Below, piece after piece: positions 8,267 through 18,855 of a DNA stretch of 32,000 bases (its first letter is position 1; the number at the start of each line of letters is the position of its first letter). The position numbers and the translations under genes are program-made. The stretch comes from an uncultured beta proteobacterium (lineage in GTDB: Bacteria; Pseudomonadota; Gammaproteobacteria; Burkholderiales; Burkholderiaceae_C). The DNA is taken from assembly GCA_903945325.1 (NCBI GenBank), contig CAJAVE010000223.1, positions 6,377 to 38,376 on the forward strand. Reading direction: 5' to 3'. The notes beneath the pieces were generated by a model. That model did no database searches and was not told the DNA's origin. It worked only from the letters and a program-made list of their open reading frames with translations.

Positions 8267-10183
8267 ATGTGTGGCATTGTTGGAGCGGTCTCGACCAGAA
8301 ATATTGTTCCTGTCCTGGTGCAGGGTCTGGAGCGACTGGAGTACCGTGGTTACGACTCCTGCGGTGTGGCGGTATACGTTCAGGGCGACAGCGCCGCGCA
8401 CAGTGGCTTGCGCCGCGCCCGCAGCACCGCTCGCGTGGCGGAGCTGATTCAGCAGGTGGCCGGTGACGACTCGCAGCACCCGCTGCAGGGCAATTTGGGC
8501 ATCGCCCATACACGCTGGGCCACGCACGGTGTGCCATCGGTCAGCAATGCCCACCCTCACTTCAGCCACGGCCCAGGCGCGGATGCGCACCAGCGGCCCG
8601 GACGCATAGCCTTGGTGCACAACGGCATCATCGAAAACCACGACGAACTGCGCGCATCGCTCAAGGCCAAAGGTTATGTATTTGTCAGCCAGACCGACAC
8701 GGAGGTGATTGCCCACCTGGTGGACAGCCTCTATGACGCTGACCTGTTTGAAGCGGTGCAGGCCGCCATCACCCACTTGCAGGGTGCTTATGCCATTGCC
8801 GTGTTTTGCAAGGACGAGCCGCACCGCCTGATTGGGGCTCGGGCCGGCTCACCGCTGATTCTGGGGGTTGGCAAGGATGGTCAGGAGCATTTTCTGGCCA
8901 GCGATGCCATGGCGCTGGCGGGAGTGACGGACCAGATCGTCTACCTGGAAGAAGGCGACCTGGTGGATGTGCAACTGGGCAAATACTGGCTGCTGGACAA
9001 AGCCCGCAAGGCGGTAAACCCTGCACAACGCCCGGTCAGAACCGTGCAGGCTCACAGTGGTGCTGCCGAGTTGGGACCGTACCGCCACTACATGCAGAAA
9101 GAAATTTTTGAGCAGCCGCGCGCCATAGCCGACACACTGGAAGGTGTGGAGGGCATTGCCCCCGAACTGTTTGATGGGCAGATGAACCATGCGCCGGGTT
9201 CAAACGCAGCCCGCGTGTTTGCCGAAATCGACTCGGTGTTGATTCTGGCTTGCGGTACCAGCTACTACAGCGGTTGCACCGCCAAATACTGGCTGGAGAG
9301 CATTGCCAAAATTCCGACCCAGGTGGAAGTGGCCAGCGAATACCGCTACCGCGACTCGGTGCCCAACCCCAAGACGCTGGTGGTGACCATCACGCAGTCG
9401 GGCGAAACCGCCGACACGCTGGCTGCCTTGCGCCACGCGCAAAGCCTGGGTATGAAACACACTTTGACCATCTGCAACGTGGCCACCAGTGCCATGGTGC
9501 GCGAGTGCAGCCTGGCCTATGTCACCCGTGCCGGGGTTGAGATCGGTGTGGCCTCTACCAAGGCATTCACCACGCAACTGGCCGGTTTGTTCCTGCTGAC
9601 GCTGGCCCTGGCCCAGGCCAAAGGCCGGTTGCCTGAATCAGAGGAACAGCGTCACCTCAAGGCCATGCGCCATTTGCCGGCAGCCCTGCAGGCCGTGCTG
9701 GCGCTGGAGCCACAGCTCATCAGCTGGTCAGAAGACTTTGCCAAAAAGGAAAACGCACTCTTCCTGGGCCGCGGCCTGCACTACCCAATTGCCATGGAAG
9801 GAGCATTGAAGCTCAAGGAAATTACCTACATCCACGCCGAGGCCTATGCGGCGGGCGAGTTGAAGCACGGCCCGCTGGCCCTGGTGACCGCCGAGATGCC
9901 GGTGGTGACCGTTGCGCCCAACGATGCCCTGCTGGAAAAGCTCAAAAGCAACCTGCACGAAGTGCGTGCCCGCGGCGGCGTGCTGTATGTGCTGGCCGAT
10001 GCCGACACCCGCATCGAAAACGGCGAAGGCATACACGTGATTCGCATGCCCGAGCACTATGGCGAGTTATCACCCCTGCTGCATGTGGTGCCCCTGCAGC
10101 TGCTGGCTTACCATACGGCCTGCGCGCGCGGCACCGATGTGGACAAACCCCGTAACCTGGCCAAGTCGGTAACTGTCGAATGA
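8267..10183 (+). CDS. glmS: Glutamine--fructose-6-phosphate aminotransferase (isomerizing)
   Basis: N-terminal MCGIVGAV (catalytic Cys2), two SIS domains and the C-terminal ...[12 protein letters not shown]. Confidence 0.96.
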   Translation: MCGIVGAVSTRNIVPVLVQGLERLEYRGYDSCGVAVYVQGDSAAHSGLRRARSTARVAELIQQVAGDDSQHPLQGNLGIAHTRWATHGVPSVSNAHPHFSHGPGADAHQRPGRIALVHNGIIENHDELRASLKAKGYVFVSQTDTEVIAHLVDSLYDADLFEAVQAAITHLQGAYAIAVFCKDEPHRLIGARAGSPLILGVGKDGQEHFLASDAMALAGVTDQIVYLEEGDLVDVQLGKYWLLDKARKAVNPAQRPVRTVQAHSGAAELGPYRHYMQKEIFEQPRAIADTLEGVEGIAPELFDGQMNHAPGSNAARVFAEIDSVLILACGTSYYSGCTAKYWLESIAKIPTQVEVASEYRYRDSVPNPKTLVVTITQSGETADTLAALRHAQSLGMKHTLTICNVATSAMVRECSLAYVTRAGVEIGVASTKAFTTQLAGLFLLTLALAQAKGRLPESEEQRHLKAMRHLPAALQAVLALEPQLISWSEDFAKKENALFLGRGLHYPIAMEGALKLKEITYIHAEAYAAGELKHGPLALVTAEMPVVTVAPNDALLEKLKSNLHEVRARGGVLYVLADADTRIENGEGIHVIRMPEHYGELSPLLHVVPLQLLAYHTACARGTDVDKPRNLAKSVTVE

Positions 10184-10191
10184 GGGTCTAG

Positions 10192-10215
10192 ACCCCGTAA
10201 GCAGTTCATCGGGGT
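10192..10215 (+). terminator. Weak hairpin after glmS
   Basis: Stem accccg (10192-10197) / cggggt (10210-10215) with a 12-nt loop, followed by a T-rich ttacttgcttgtt. Confidence 0.35.
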
Positions 10216-10254
10216 TTACTTGCTTGTTGCGGGACAAATGGGTTTTTCAAAATT

Positions 10255-10704
10255 ATGAAAGTATTGGACCTTCAGTGCGCTCACCAGCATGTGTTTGAAG
10301 GATGGTTTTCGTCCGAGGCCGATTTTCAGAACCAGCAAGGACTGGGTCTTGTAGAGTGCCCGGTCTGCGGTAACGCCACCATTGTCAAAATGCTCAGCGC
10401 ACCCCGATTGAACTTTGGCACCGAGCGTGCGCCGATACAGCCATCACAAGAAAATTTTTCCCCTGTTGTTGCTGCCCGGTCACTGCAAGAGGCATGGACG
10501 GAAGTGGCTCGACACGTTGTTGCCAATACCGATGATGTGGGCGATCAGTTTGCCGAGGAAGCGCGCAGAATTCACTACGGAGAGGCCGAAGAAAGAGGTA
10601 TTCGCGGCAACGCCTCCCGCGCCGAGACCGCGTCCTTGATGGAGGAGGGCATTGCTGTCCTGCCCTTGGAGTTGCCTGAATTTCTCAAGCGGCCGCTACA
10701 GTAG
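10255..10704 (+). CDS. DUF1178 family zinc-ribbon protein
   Basis: MKVLDLQCAHQHVFEGWF...CPVCGN... matches the N-terminus typical of DUF1178 as I recall it. Confidence 0.75.
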   Translation: MKVLDLQCAHQHVFEGWFSSEADFQNQQGLGLVECPVCGNATIVKMLSAPRLNFGTERAPIQPSQENFSPVVAARSLQEAWTEVARHVVANTDDVGDQFAEEARRIHYGEAEERGIRGNASRAETASLMEEGIAVLPLELPEFLKRPLQ

Positions 10705-10755
10705 GTCGTCAAGTGCTGCCACGAATGACGACAGTACAACAGGTAAAAAGCCCCC

Positions 10756-11484
10756 GTGCGTGATTGGCAACGAGCCCTCTGTCTTGTGCTGCTTGGCCCC
10801 GTTCTTTGGGTGCAGGGAAAGTACGTTCGCAAAATTACCCCCAAGTTGCCCGAACCTGATGGCCCACGCGAAGGTGTCACGGGTAGAGGGCCCTTACTGA
10901 GCCTGTTGATTGCAGGCGATTCAGCTGCCGCCGGGGTCGGCGTAAGTTCCCAGGACCGTGCGCTTTGCGGACAGCTGGTCCAACAGCTGAGTCAACGCTT
11001 CACCGTCACGTGGCAATTAAAGGCACTGACGGGTCTTGATTCGCCTGGTTTGGAATCCATGCTCGAAGCGGTAGGCCCACAACCAATCGACGTGGTGGTC
11101 TTGTCCATTGGCGTCAATGATGTCACCAACCTGATGTCGCCCGGTGCGTGGGTTCACTGGCAGACTCGCCTGGCACAAGGCATTCTCTTGCGTCACTCGC
11201 CGAAGCTGTTGATCCACAGTGCCGTGCCGCCCATGCACGGCTTCACGGCGTTGCCGCAACCCCTGCGCTGGTTCATGGGCAAATGGGCCAACGAGATGAA
11301 TCGGATGCTGGAGCAGTCGCTGCAGGGCGAAATTCGCAAGTTCTTCCGGTGGCCCGTTCACAGCGCGGTTTCGGATGGATTGGCGAGTGACGGGTTCCAT
11401 CCAGGGCCACTTGGCTACACGGCCTGGGCAACAGGCTTGAGTGAGATGATCTCTGAAGTGAACTTTGAACGCAGAGGAGGCTGA
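10756..11484 (+). CDS. SGNH/GDSL-type hydrolase
   Basis: Block I IAGDSAAAGVG and block V SDGFHPG. GTG start, so the exact start is uncertain. Confidence 0.8.
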   Translation: MRDWQRALCLVLLGPVLWVQGKYVRKITPKLPEPDGPREGVTGRGPLLSLLIAGDSAAAGVGVSSQDRALCGQLVQQLSQRFTVTWQLKALTGLDSPGLESMLEAVGPQPIDVVVLSIGVNDVTNLMSPGAWVHWQTRLAQGILLRHSPKLLIHSAVPPMHGFTALPQPLRWFMGKWANEMNRMLEQSLQGEIRKFFRWPVHSAVSDGLASDGFHPGPLGYTAWATGLSEMISEVNFERRGG

Positions 11485-11625
11485 GTTTTCCATGCGCGGT
11501 TTCAGATCGGGAATCAATTGATTGAGCTACAGATAATGGGCCGCCCTCACCCCCACCACCGCCATCGCACCACTGTGCATTGGCTCCACCAGCGAATCCA
11601 TCATTCTCAACAGGTGCGTTTAGCC

Positions 11626-11835
11626 TTAGCTCACCTTGACCTGCACCAGTTCCTCGCCTTGCGGGTCGGTCACATGGATCGCGCAAGCGATGCAGGGGTC
11701 AAAGCTGTGCACCGTGCGCAAAATTTCCAGCGGCTGCTTGGTGGCAATCAGCGCGTCATACCAGCCCTGCATGGAGTCGGCAATGACCTTGGACTCCAGC
11801 CCGCGGGCGGCGGTGCGCCAGCGGCGGTTGATCAG
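11626..11835 (-). pseudogene. Relic of a [NiFe]-hydrogenase large subunit (internally deleted C-terminal fragment)
   Basis: ...[63 protein letters not shown] carries the C-terminal Ni-binding DPCxxCxxH motif. Only about 70 codons remain, against roughly 600 in intact subunits. Confidence 0.7.
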
Positions 11836-12434
11836 AGCTGATTGAAAAGGTAAAGCCCGCTGGCAGCACACAGTGAACCGAGCCCCAGCATCGCCCAGTT
11901 GGCTGTGGCAGCAAGGTATTTGCGGATGGCCAGACCCACTGCAACACCACCAAAATGGAGCGAAGCCGTTGTTGCCAGGAATCCCAGTGCATACGTGGCA
12001 AAACCGGCGGGTGGTGTCTCGGCGCCATGTGCCAGGCCATGCAAACTGGCCGCTATCGCCACCAAACCCAAGCCCAAACCCTCGGGTAGGTGCATACGCG
12101 ACATAACCAGCATGGCACCAAACAGCACCACACTCAGCGAGACCATTTGCTCCAGATAGGGAACACGGATACCCACAGCGCCAAAAGTCGCGCTAGCGAT
12201 CAGTACCAGCAAGAATGTCGCGGGCCCCCGCCAGGCCTTGTCGGCCGGCAAGGCTGTAACAGACCAGAGACCTACGGCCAGCATCGCCAGCAAATGGTCA
12301 GCGCCCAATGGGTGCGCCAAGCCTTCGGCCACACCGGAGGAGCCGTGACCGGTATGCGCTTGCGCAAGGCCCGCCGCCGCCAGCAGGACGATGAAGGCGG
12401 TGGCCCGTATCAAATGGTATGACATGTTTTTCAT
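11832..12434 (-). CDS. HupE/UreJ-family nickel/cobalt accessory membrane protein
   Basis: Signal peptide then AHTGHG, followed by multiple Gly/Ala-rich TM helices. ATG 12434 is preceded by GGAG. Confidence 0.8.
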   Translation of the reverse strand: MKNMSYHLIRATAFIVLLAAAGLAQAHTGHGSSGVAEGLAHPLGADHLLAMLAVGLWSVTALPADKAWRGPATFLLVLIASATFGAVGIRVPYLEQMVSLSVVLFGAMLVMSRMHLPEGLGLGLVAIAASLHGLAHGAETPPAGFATYALGFLATTASLHFGGVAVGLAIRKYLAATANWAMLGLGSLCAASGLYLFNQL

Positions 12435-12472
12435 GGGTAACTCCGATAAATAGTCCACTACAGCAATATAGA

Positions 12473-13165
12473 TTAACCCAAGTTACGCCCAAAAAAGCGC
12501 AGCGTGCGGTCCCAGGCCCGCTGGGACCAGACCGCATCGTATTGGGTGGCAGGAATGCGGCCCGAGCCTGCTGCTGTTTCGTTGGCAAACGCGTGGTGCG
12601 CCAGGTAGCGGTGGAATTCAAAATCGACGCCCGCCCCACGCAGTTTGTCCTCCAGCGCGGCAACGGTTTCAATCTTGAAGAACTGATCCTGCGTCGCCCA
12701 GTGCCCTTGCACCGGCACATGGATTTTGCTGGCATCGATGTACTCCAGCGGTGGACAGCCGTACCAGACCACGCCCGCATCAATCTCGGGCGACTGGGTC
12801 AGCGCCATCAGCGTCAACGCCCCGCCCATGCAAAAACCCGTCACGCCCACCTTGGGTGCGCGGGTTTTGAGGAATTGCACGGCCCCGCGAATGTCCTGTG
12901 AGGCAGCATCGCCAAAATTGAGCCCTTCCATCAGGTGGTTGGCCTCTTCGGCTTCTACTGTGGATTGCCCGCGGTACAGGTCGGGCACCAGTGCCTGGTA
13001 GCCCGCATCGGCCAGACGGTCCGCTACGCCACGAATCTGTGGGTTCAAACCCCACCATTCCTGAATGACGACGATGGCCGGTGACGCGCCCGCTTGCTCG
13101 GGCTGCGCCAGATAGCCTTGCACGGTCTGCCCGTCGGGGCGTTGAAAGCTCACCATGGATCCCAT
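12473..13165 (-). CDS. Dienelactone hydrolase family protein
   Basis: Nucleophile elbow GFCMGG and ...VVIQEWWGLN.... ATG 13165 is preceded by AGGAG. Confidence 0.85.
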   Translation of the reverse strand: MGSMVSFQRPDGQTVQGYLAQPEQAGASPAIVVIQEWWGLNPQIRGVADRLADAGYQALVPDLYRGQSTVEAEEANHLMEGLNFGDAASQDIRGAVQFLKTRAPKVGVTGFCMGGALTLMALTQSPEIDAGVVWYGCPPLEYIDASKIHVPVQGHWATQDQFFKIETVAALEDKLRGAGVDFEFHRYLAHHAFANETAAGSGRIPATQYDAVWSQRAWDRTLRFFGRNLG

Positions 13166-13270
13166 AGTTTTCTCCTGATGCTGTGATTGACTATGGGTCC
13201 TATTATGCAGACCCGGCATACGCCGGGCTGCCAATGGATTGGCGCACTGAAGGCGCCCACTTCTGTGTAT

Positions 13271-14128
13271 TTAGAAGTGGTATTCCAGACGGATCATGGG
13301 CGTCTTGGCGAATGCACCCTTGCCAGCAACGCCTTCGCTGTCATTGCCAAACTTGTTTTTCCAGTATTGGTATTCAAGCCCCACCTTCAGGCTCTTGGGT
13401 GCGGCTCCAATGACGCCACTCAGGTCGTACATGAGTTGCATGTCGATGTTGGTCTCTGGTGCGCTGGCGCCACCGGATTCGTTTTTGCCCTTGGCGGCGA
13501 TAAAGTTGGCAAAACCTTCAAAGGACAAACCACTCTTGCCCAAAGGAATGCCCCAGGACGCGCCCAGCATGGCGTGGGCGTCATAGGCATAGCGAGGTGT
13601 GGAGACCTTGCTGAAAGTGTTGTACGGGGCGTTGCTCTCCCACAGCACCAGCAGACTCACATTCAGGAAGCCGGGCACGTCCATCATGAAAGTGGGGCCA
13701 GCCACCAGCATGCGCTTCTTGGAGTTGTAACCGGCGTCGGTTTTGGTGTTGTAGTCAAAGCCCGCAGTTAGCCCGACGCCGCGCACCGGGCCAAATTTGT
13801 AGGGCGAGCCCGTGAGTTTTTCCAGGTCCAGCGTGTTGCGGAAGACGATGTACACCTCTTGTGCTCCGTTGTTGGAGCCCGCACCATCCGGGTCCTTGTT
13901 GTCGGACAGCAGCATGTCCACATTGAAGAAGTTGGTTCCGTACTTGTAGCCACTGACGTGGTTCAGGTTGATGATGTCTTTGCTGATGGCGTTGTTGTTG
14001 AAGGGCTCGGCAAACTCCGTTCCGTAACGGTAGCCGATCGAGGTGTCGCTGAAGGTGGCGGCTTGGGCGGACCATGAACTGGTGAGGGCTGCGGCGCAGA
14101 AGGCAGCGCGTGCGAGGCTTTGGTGCAT
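13271..14128 (-). CDS. Outer-membrane beta-barrel protein (Tsx/OmpK-like channel family suspected)
   Basis: Signal peptide ...SSWSAQA/AT, alternating beta-strand pattern and a C-terminal ...RLEYHF with terminal Phe (OMP beta-signal). Confidence 0.7.
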   Translation of the reverse strand: MHQSLARAAFCAAALTSSWSAQAATFSDTSIGYRYGTEFAEPFNNNAISKDIINLNHVSGYKYGTNFFNVDMLLSDNKDPDGAGSNNGAQEVYIVFRNTLDLEKLTGSPYKFGPVRGVGLTAGFDYNTKTDAGYNSKKRMLVAGPTFMMDVPGFLNVSLLVLWESNAPYNTFSKVSTPRYAYDAHAMLGASWGIPLGKSGLSFEGFANFIAAKGKNESGGASAPETNIDMQLMYDLSGVIGAAPKSLKVGLEYQYWKNKFGNDSEGVAGKGAFAKTPMIRLEYHF

Positions 14129-14295
14129 TTTGGTGATTTCCATGTGAAGGTGATTGAAAGGATGTGTTTCCGGTGGCGGGTCATGCAATTAGCAGGCCAT
14201 CCGTCCAGAAGAAGTTGCCCCGGCAAAAAGCAGGCACCGTTCTTGCTCACGCGTTGACAGTCATTTCCTATTTGGTCCACTTCGCCGGAGTCCCC

Positions 14296-15324
14296 ATGAA
14301 AAAACGCCATTTCCTCGCCTGCACGGCCTTGGCCGCAGCTGTGTTCACTTCCAGTGCGGTTTACGCGCAAACCACGGCCGTCAAATTTCAGCTCGACTGG
14401 CGTTTTGAAGGTCCATCCGCCCTGTTTTTGACCACGGCCGCCAAGGGGTACTTTAAAGATGCCAAGCTGGATGTCACCATTGACGCGGGCAATGGCTCGG
14501 GCGGCACGGTGACCCGTGTGGCGTCTGGCGCCTACGACATGGGCCTGGCTGATCTGGCTGCGCTGATGGAGTTCCACGCCAACAATCCCGATGCGCCCAA
14601 CAAGCCCATCGCCGTGATGATGGTCTACAACGATACGCCGGCCTCGGTCATGGCGCTCAAAAAGTCGGGGATCAAGACGCCTGCAGATTTGAACGGCAAG
14701 AAGCTGGGCGCGCCGGTGTTTGACGCCGGGCGCCGCGCCTTCCCGATCTTTTCCAAGGCCAATGCGGTCACCGGCGTGCAGTGGACCGCCATGGACCCAC
14801 CGTTGCGCGAAACCATGCTGGTGCGGGGCGATGTAGACGCCATCACCGGCTTCACCTTCACCTCGCTGCTGAATTTGGAGGCGCGTGGCGTCAAGGCGGA
14901 CGACGTGGTCGTGATGCCCTACCCGGACTTTGGCGTCAAGTTGTACGGCAATGCCATCATCGTGTCGCCCAAACTGCTCAAGGAGAACCCGGCTGCGGTC
15001 AAGGCATTTTTGACTGCGTTCACCAAAGGTGTGAAAGACGTGCTGGCCAACCCGGCGGCCGCCATTGCCGATGTCAAAGCCCGTGACGGCATCATCAACG
15101 TGGACCTGGAAACCCGTCGCCTCAAGTTGGCCATCGACACCGTCATCAACAGTCCCAACGCCCGAGCCGAGGGCTTTGGCCAGGTCAGCGCCCCGCGCAT
15201 GGCCTTGATGGCCAGCCAGGTGTCGGACGCGTTCAACACCAAAACCCGCATCAACGCCGACACGGTGTGGAATGGATCCTACTTGCCCTCCAAGGCAGAA
15301 CTGGCGATTCTGCCCAAGAAGTAA
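14296..15324 (+). CDS. ABC transporter substrate-binding protein (NMT1/THI5-, NitT/TauT-like)
   Basis: MKKRHFLACTALAAAVFTSSAVYAQ signal peptide. It sits first in a binding protein-ATPase-permease operon. The track ORF start at 14164 is rejected. Confidence 0.85.
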   Translation: MKKRHFLACTALAAAVFTSSAVYAQTTAVKFQLDWRFEGPSALFLTTAAKGYFKDAKLDVTIDAGNGSGGTVTRVASGAYDMGLADLAALMEFHANNPDAPNKPIAVMMVYNDTPASVMALKKSGIKTPADLNGKKLGAPVFDAGRRAFPIFSKANAVTGVQWTAMDPPLRETMLVRGDVDAITGFTFTSLLNLEARGVKADDVVVMPYPDFGVKLYGNAIIVSPKLLKENPAAVKAFLTAFTKGVKDVLANPAAAIADVKARDGIINVDLETRRLKLAIDTVINSPNARAEGFGQVSAPRMALMASQVSDAFNTKTRINADTVWNGSYLPSKAELAILPKK

Positions 15325-15403
15325 TGCATGGAGCTACCGTCACAATGTACTCTCAATTTCATAGCGGCTTGCGCAATGGATACGGGGTCTAGAGGCTAAT
15401 TTA

Positions 15404-16252
15404 ATGCAAAATTCAATGCCGAATTCCAGTCCTTGGTTTGTGGACTTCCAGGATGTCTGGCTGGCCTACAACGACGAGCTGTTGCAGCAGAACCACTTCG
15501 CGGTCGAGGCCATTGACCTGAAGGTGCGCCAAGGCGAGTTCATTGCCATCGTCGGGCCATCTGGCTGCGGCAAGTCCACGTTCATGAAGCTCACTACGGG
15601 CTTGAAGATGCCGTCTATGGGCAAGATTTTGATCGACGGGCATGCTGTCACCGGACCGCTCAAGATTTCCGGCATGGCGTTCCAGGCGCCTTCCCTGTTG
15701 CCGTGGCGCACCACAGTGGACAACGTCTTGCTACCGCTGGAAATTGTGGAACCCTACCGCAGCAACTTCAAAGCCCGGCGCAAGGAATACGTGGAGCGCG
15801 CACGCCGACTGCTGCAGAAGGTCGGGTTGGGTGGCTATGAGGACAAGTTTCCGTGGCAGCTGTCGGGAGGCATGCAGCAGCGTGCCAGCATTTGCCGCGC
15901 GTTGATCCACGAGCCCAAGATGCTGTTGCTGGATGAACCTTTTGGTGCGCTCGATGCGTTCACGCGCGAGGAGTTGTGGTGCATTCTGCGCGACCTGTGG
16001 ACTGAGCAGCAGTTCAACGTGATTCTGGTGACGCATGACTTGCGCGAATCGGTCTTTCTGGCCGACACGGTGTACGTCATGAGCAAGAGTCCGGGCCGCT
16101 TTGTGGTCAAAAGGGAGATTGAACTGGAGCGTCCGCGCGACCTTGAAATCACCTACACCAAAGAATTCTCCGACATCGTGCACGAGTTGCGGGGCCATAT
16201 TGGTGCCATTCGCCAAACCAGTGCATCCGCACAGGCATCCATCACCACATAG
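15404..16252 (+). CDS. ABC transporter ATP-binding protein (NitT/TauT family)
   Basis: Walker A GPSGCGKST, signature LSGGMQQR and Walker B LLLDEPF. Confidence 0.93.
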   Translation: MQNSMPNSSPWFVDFQDVWLAYNDELLQQNHFAVEAIDLKVRQGEFIAIVGPSGCGKSTFMKLTTGLKMPSMGKILIDGHAVTGPLKISGMAFQAPSLLPWRTTVDNVLLPLEIVEPYRSNFKARRKEYVERARRLLQKVGLGGYEDKFPWQLSGGMQQRASICRALIHEPKMLLLDEPFGALDAFTREELWCILRDLWTEQQFNVILVTHDLRESVFLADTVYVMSKSPGRFVVKREIELERPRDLEITYTKEFSDIVHELRGHIGAIRQTSASAQASITT

Positions 16253-16261
16253 GGCACCCGA

Positions 16262-17029
16262 ATGAACAAGAAACAGGTAGAAATGTGGGCTCCGTGGATC
16301 CTGCTGGTGGCGATCATTGTGATGTGGCAGATCCTGTGCTCGGCGCTGGAGGTGTCCGAGTTCATCTTCCCAAGTCCCTGGCGTATCTGGACCCAGTTCC
16401 TGGAGTTCAAGGGCATTATTGCCGCGCACGCCTGGCGCACCTATTGGGTGACCATGGCCGGTTTTGGCATCGCCATCGTGGTGGGCGTGCTGCTCGGGTT
16501 TGTGATTGGCAGTTCGCGCCTGGCCTATGCCGCGGTCTACCCGCTGATGACCGGCTTCAATGCGCTGCCCAAGGCGGCCTTTGTGCCGATCCTGGTGGTC
16601 TGGTTTGGCATTGGCGTGGGGCCTGCCATCCTGACAGCGTTTTTGATCAGCTTTTTCCCCATCATGGTGAACATCGCAACCGGCCTTGCCACGCTGGAGC
16701 CGGAACTGGAAGACGTGCTGCGCGTGCTGGGCGCCAAGCGCTGGGATGTGCTGGTCAAGGTGGGCCTGCCGCGCTCGATGCCTTACTTCTACGGCTCTTT
16801 AAAAGTGGCGATCACGCTCGCGTTTGTGGGCACCACCGTGTCCGAGATGACGGCCGCCAACGAGGGCATTGGCTACCTGCTGATCTCGGCTGGTTCGGCC
16901 ATGCAAATGGGGCTGGCCTTTGCCGGGCTGGTGGTGGTGGGTGCCATGGCCATGGTGATGTACGAACTGTTCAGCGTCATCGAGCGGCACACCACAGCCT
17001 GGGCGCACCGGGGTTCGCACAGCAGCTGA
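16262..17029 (+). CDS. ABC transporter permease (BPD/NitT-TauT type)
   Basis: Six hydrophobic segments and an EAA-like loop ...EDVLRVLGAKRWDVLVKVGLP... Confidence 0.9.
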   Translation: MNKKQVEMWAPWILLVAIIVMWQILCSALEVSEFIFPSPWRIWTQFLEFKGIIAAHAWRTYWVTMAGFGIAIVVGVLLGFVIGSSRLAYAAVYPLMTGFNALPKAAFVPILVVWFGIGVGPAILTAFLISFFPIMVNIATGLATLEPELEDVLRVLGAKRWDVLVKVGLPRSMPYFYGSLKVAITLAFVGTTVSEMTAANEGIGYLLISAGSAMQMGLAFAGLVVVGAMAMVMYELFSVIERHTTAWAHRGSHSS

Positions 17030-17041
17030 GCCTACTCACCC

Positions 17042-17075
17042 AAAAAAGTCCCCCGCACCAGTGAAGATGCGGGGG
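17042..17075 (-). terminator. GC hairpin whose U-tract lies on the minus-strand side
   Basis: Stem cccccgca (17050-17057) / tgcggggg (17068-17075). The A6 run at 17042-17047 reads as hairpin+TTTTTT on the minus strand, and there is no T-run on the plus side. It may still end the ABC operon as a U-less hairpin. Confidence 0.35.
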
Positions 17076-17541
17076 GCAACGCAGAACCCACTCTGCGGGA
17101 GACAACCCGTTGAACCCTCCGTTGACTCAGCAAATTTGGTGCCACTTAATCCGGAAGTCCCGCGCCAAAGGTGTCCGCGTGACCTTCTACGGCGTCAATT
17201 CGGGATCCAGCCAGCTGGTGAAGCACTTGGGAGAGCTGGCGCGCGACTGGATCTCAACGGCCTGAAGGTGAGCTATGGCAGTGACCTGCACCAGGGACTG
17301 GGCTTTGTGGATCTGGCTATCGTGACGCGCGAGTCAAAATTTCGGCATTGAGACTGCCAGAGATTCTTTGGCTGACGCTTTGCTTGCACCAACTTGGTGC
17401 TCTTGACGGGCAATCAGCACGATTCAAGGTCTATTTTTCTAATATTTTGAAAATAGCCCTCAATAACCGCCTAAATCTGCCGTTAAGAAATGTACGTCTA
17501 CCAAGAAAAGTAACTGGAGAGGGCCAAAACCCCTACGTATC

Positions 17542-18039
17542 ATGCAATTGCCATCCATTGATCGAAACCCGAATCTGAGGCCATCAGGCTCAGACTTGGC
17601 TTCGTCTGGGGCAAACAGGGTGATACCGGTTGCCCCGGTCAATCCATCAGTGAGTGCATCCCCGTCCATTCAACCGGTCCCCAGCGTCATTGATATGGTG
17701 AACCCGGCGCTCAAGAAGAACGAAGGTGAACCGGTGCACACCAGTGTGTCGGACCCGGGTCGGCGCGGGTCTGAAGCAGCAACCACTCCAAAAGACTGGA
17801 CGATTCACCGCCCTGCGGCCGAGAAAGTGGAAGTGCCGCTACCCAAGCCGATGTACGAAGTGCTGATGGATCACATCAAGAGTATGTGGACCGCCAGTGC
17901 CAGCGCCATCCAGTTGGAGCAAGTCAGTAACCAGCTCAATTCCCCGGTAGCGGTGGTGCCCTCTGATGCGCCAGGAAATCTGGCCAAAGAAGTTCTGGTC
18001 TACGACCCGAACATGATCAAGAAGAACGAGCAGATCTGA
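17542..18039 (+). CDS. Hypothetical Pro/Ser-rich protein
   Basis: 165-aa ORF with a low-complexity N-terminal half and a more ordered C-terminal half (...PKPMYEVLMDHIKSMWTASASAIQLEQV...). No good SD at the ATG. A small hairpin (18039-18054) follows. Confidence 0.45.
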   Translation: MQLPSIDRNPNLRPSGSDLASSGANRVIPVAPVNPSVSASPSIQPVPSVIDMVNPALKKNEGEPVHTSVSDPGRRGSEAATTPKDWTIHRPAAEKVEVPLPKPMYEVLMDHIKSMWTASASAIQLEQVSNQLNSPVAVVPSDAPGNLAKEVLVYDPNMIKKNEQI

Positions 18040-18085
18040 TCGCTGGCAAGCGATTGAGTCGGTCTTTGGCCTACCATAGCGGCCT

Positions 18086-18784
18086 ATGCATACCAGCGCC
18101 CTTGTTCTCTTCTCCGGTGGGCAGGACTCCACCACCTGTCTCGCCCACGCCCTGCAGCGCTATGAGCGAGTGGAAACCATCGCCTTTGACTACCGCCAGC
18201 GCCACAGCGTGGAGCTGGATGCACGTCTGGTGGTGCTGGAGAAAATCCGCGAGCAGTTCCCCCAGTGGGCACCCAAGATGGGTGAAGACCATTTGCTGGA
18301 CCTTGCCGTGTTGGGCTCAGTGAGCGAGACCTCGCTGACGCGCCAGACCGCTTTCAAGATGGAGAGTTCCGGCTTGCCCAACACCTTTGTGCCAGGGCGC
18401 AACCTGCTGTTCCTCACCCTGGCAGCGGCCGTGGCTTACCGGCGTGATTTGACCGTCATCGTCACCGGCGTGTGCGAGACCGATTTCTCTGGCTACCCGG
18501 ATTGCCGCGACGACACCATGAAGGCCATGCAACTCGCCCTGTCGCTGGGCATGGACAAGCGCTTCCTGATTGAAACCCCGCTGATGTGGATCGACAAGGC
18601 TGCCACCTGGGCCATGGCCGAGTTGTTGGGCGGGCAACCGCTGGTGGATCTGATCATCGAGCACACGCATACTTGCTATCTGGGTGACCGGGAGCACCGC
18701 CACACCTGGGGCTACGGTTGCGGCGAGTGCCCTGCCTGCGTATTGCGTGCCAGGGGATACGAAAAACACGCGACCAAGATCTGA
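18086..18784 (+). CDS. queC: 7-cyano-7-deazaguanine synthase
   Basis: [11 protein letters not shown]-loop and the C-terminal Zn cluster C...CGECPAC. Confidence 0.95.
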   Translation: MHTSALVLFSGGQDSTTCLAHALQRYERVETIAFDYRQRHSVELDARLVVLEKIREQFPQWAPKMGEDHLLDLAVLGSVSETSLTRQTAFKMESSGLPNTFVPGRNLLFLTLAAAVAYRRDLTVIVTGVCETDFSGYPDCRDDTMKAMQLALSLGMDKRFLIETPLMWIDKAATWAMAELLGGQPLVDLIIEHTHTCYLGDREHRHTWGYGCGECPACVLRARGYEKHATKI

Positions 18785-18855
18785 TGGCAAATGTGCCTCT
18801 AGAGCTTGTGGGATGTGCGTAAGACGCTATATATTCAATAGCATCCTGGCATGAC

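Noticed and set aside
11485-11625. Possible further hydrogenase-maturation remnant (minus-strand MMDSLVEPMHSGAMAVVGVRAAHYL).
   Set aside because: It has only a vague resemblance to the GxGVRA segment of HupD-type proteases and is far too short and weak to call.
17061-17351. 96-aa track ORF in the gap after the ABC operon as a real gene.
   Set aside because: The first half is Arg/Pro-rich, there is no SD, and the protein-like text is split over two frames. It is better explained as a decayed fragment (see finding).
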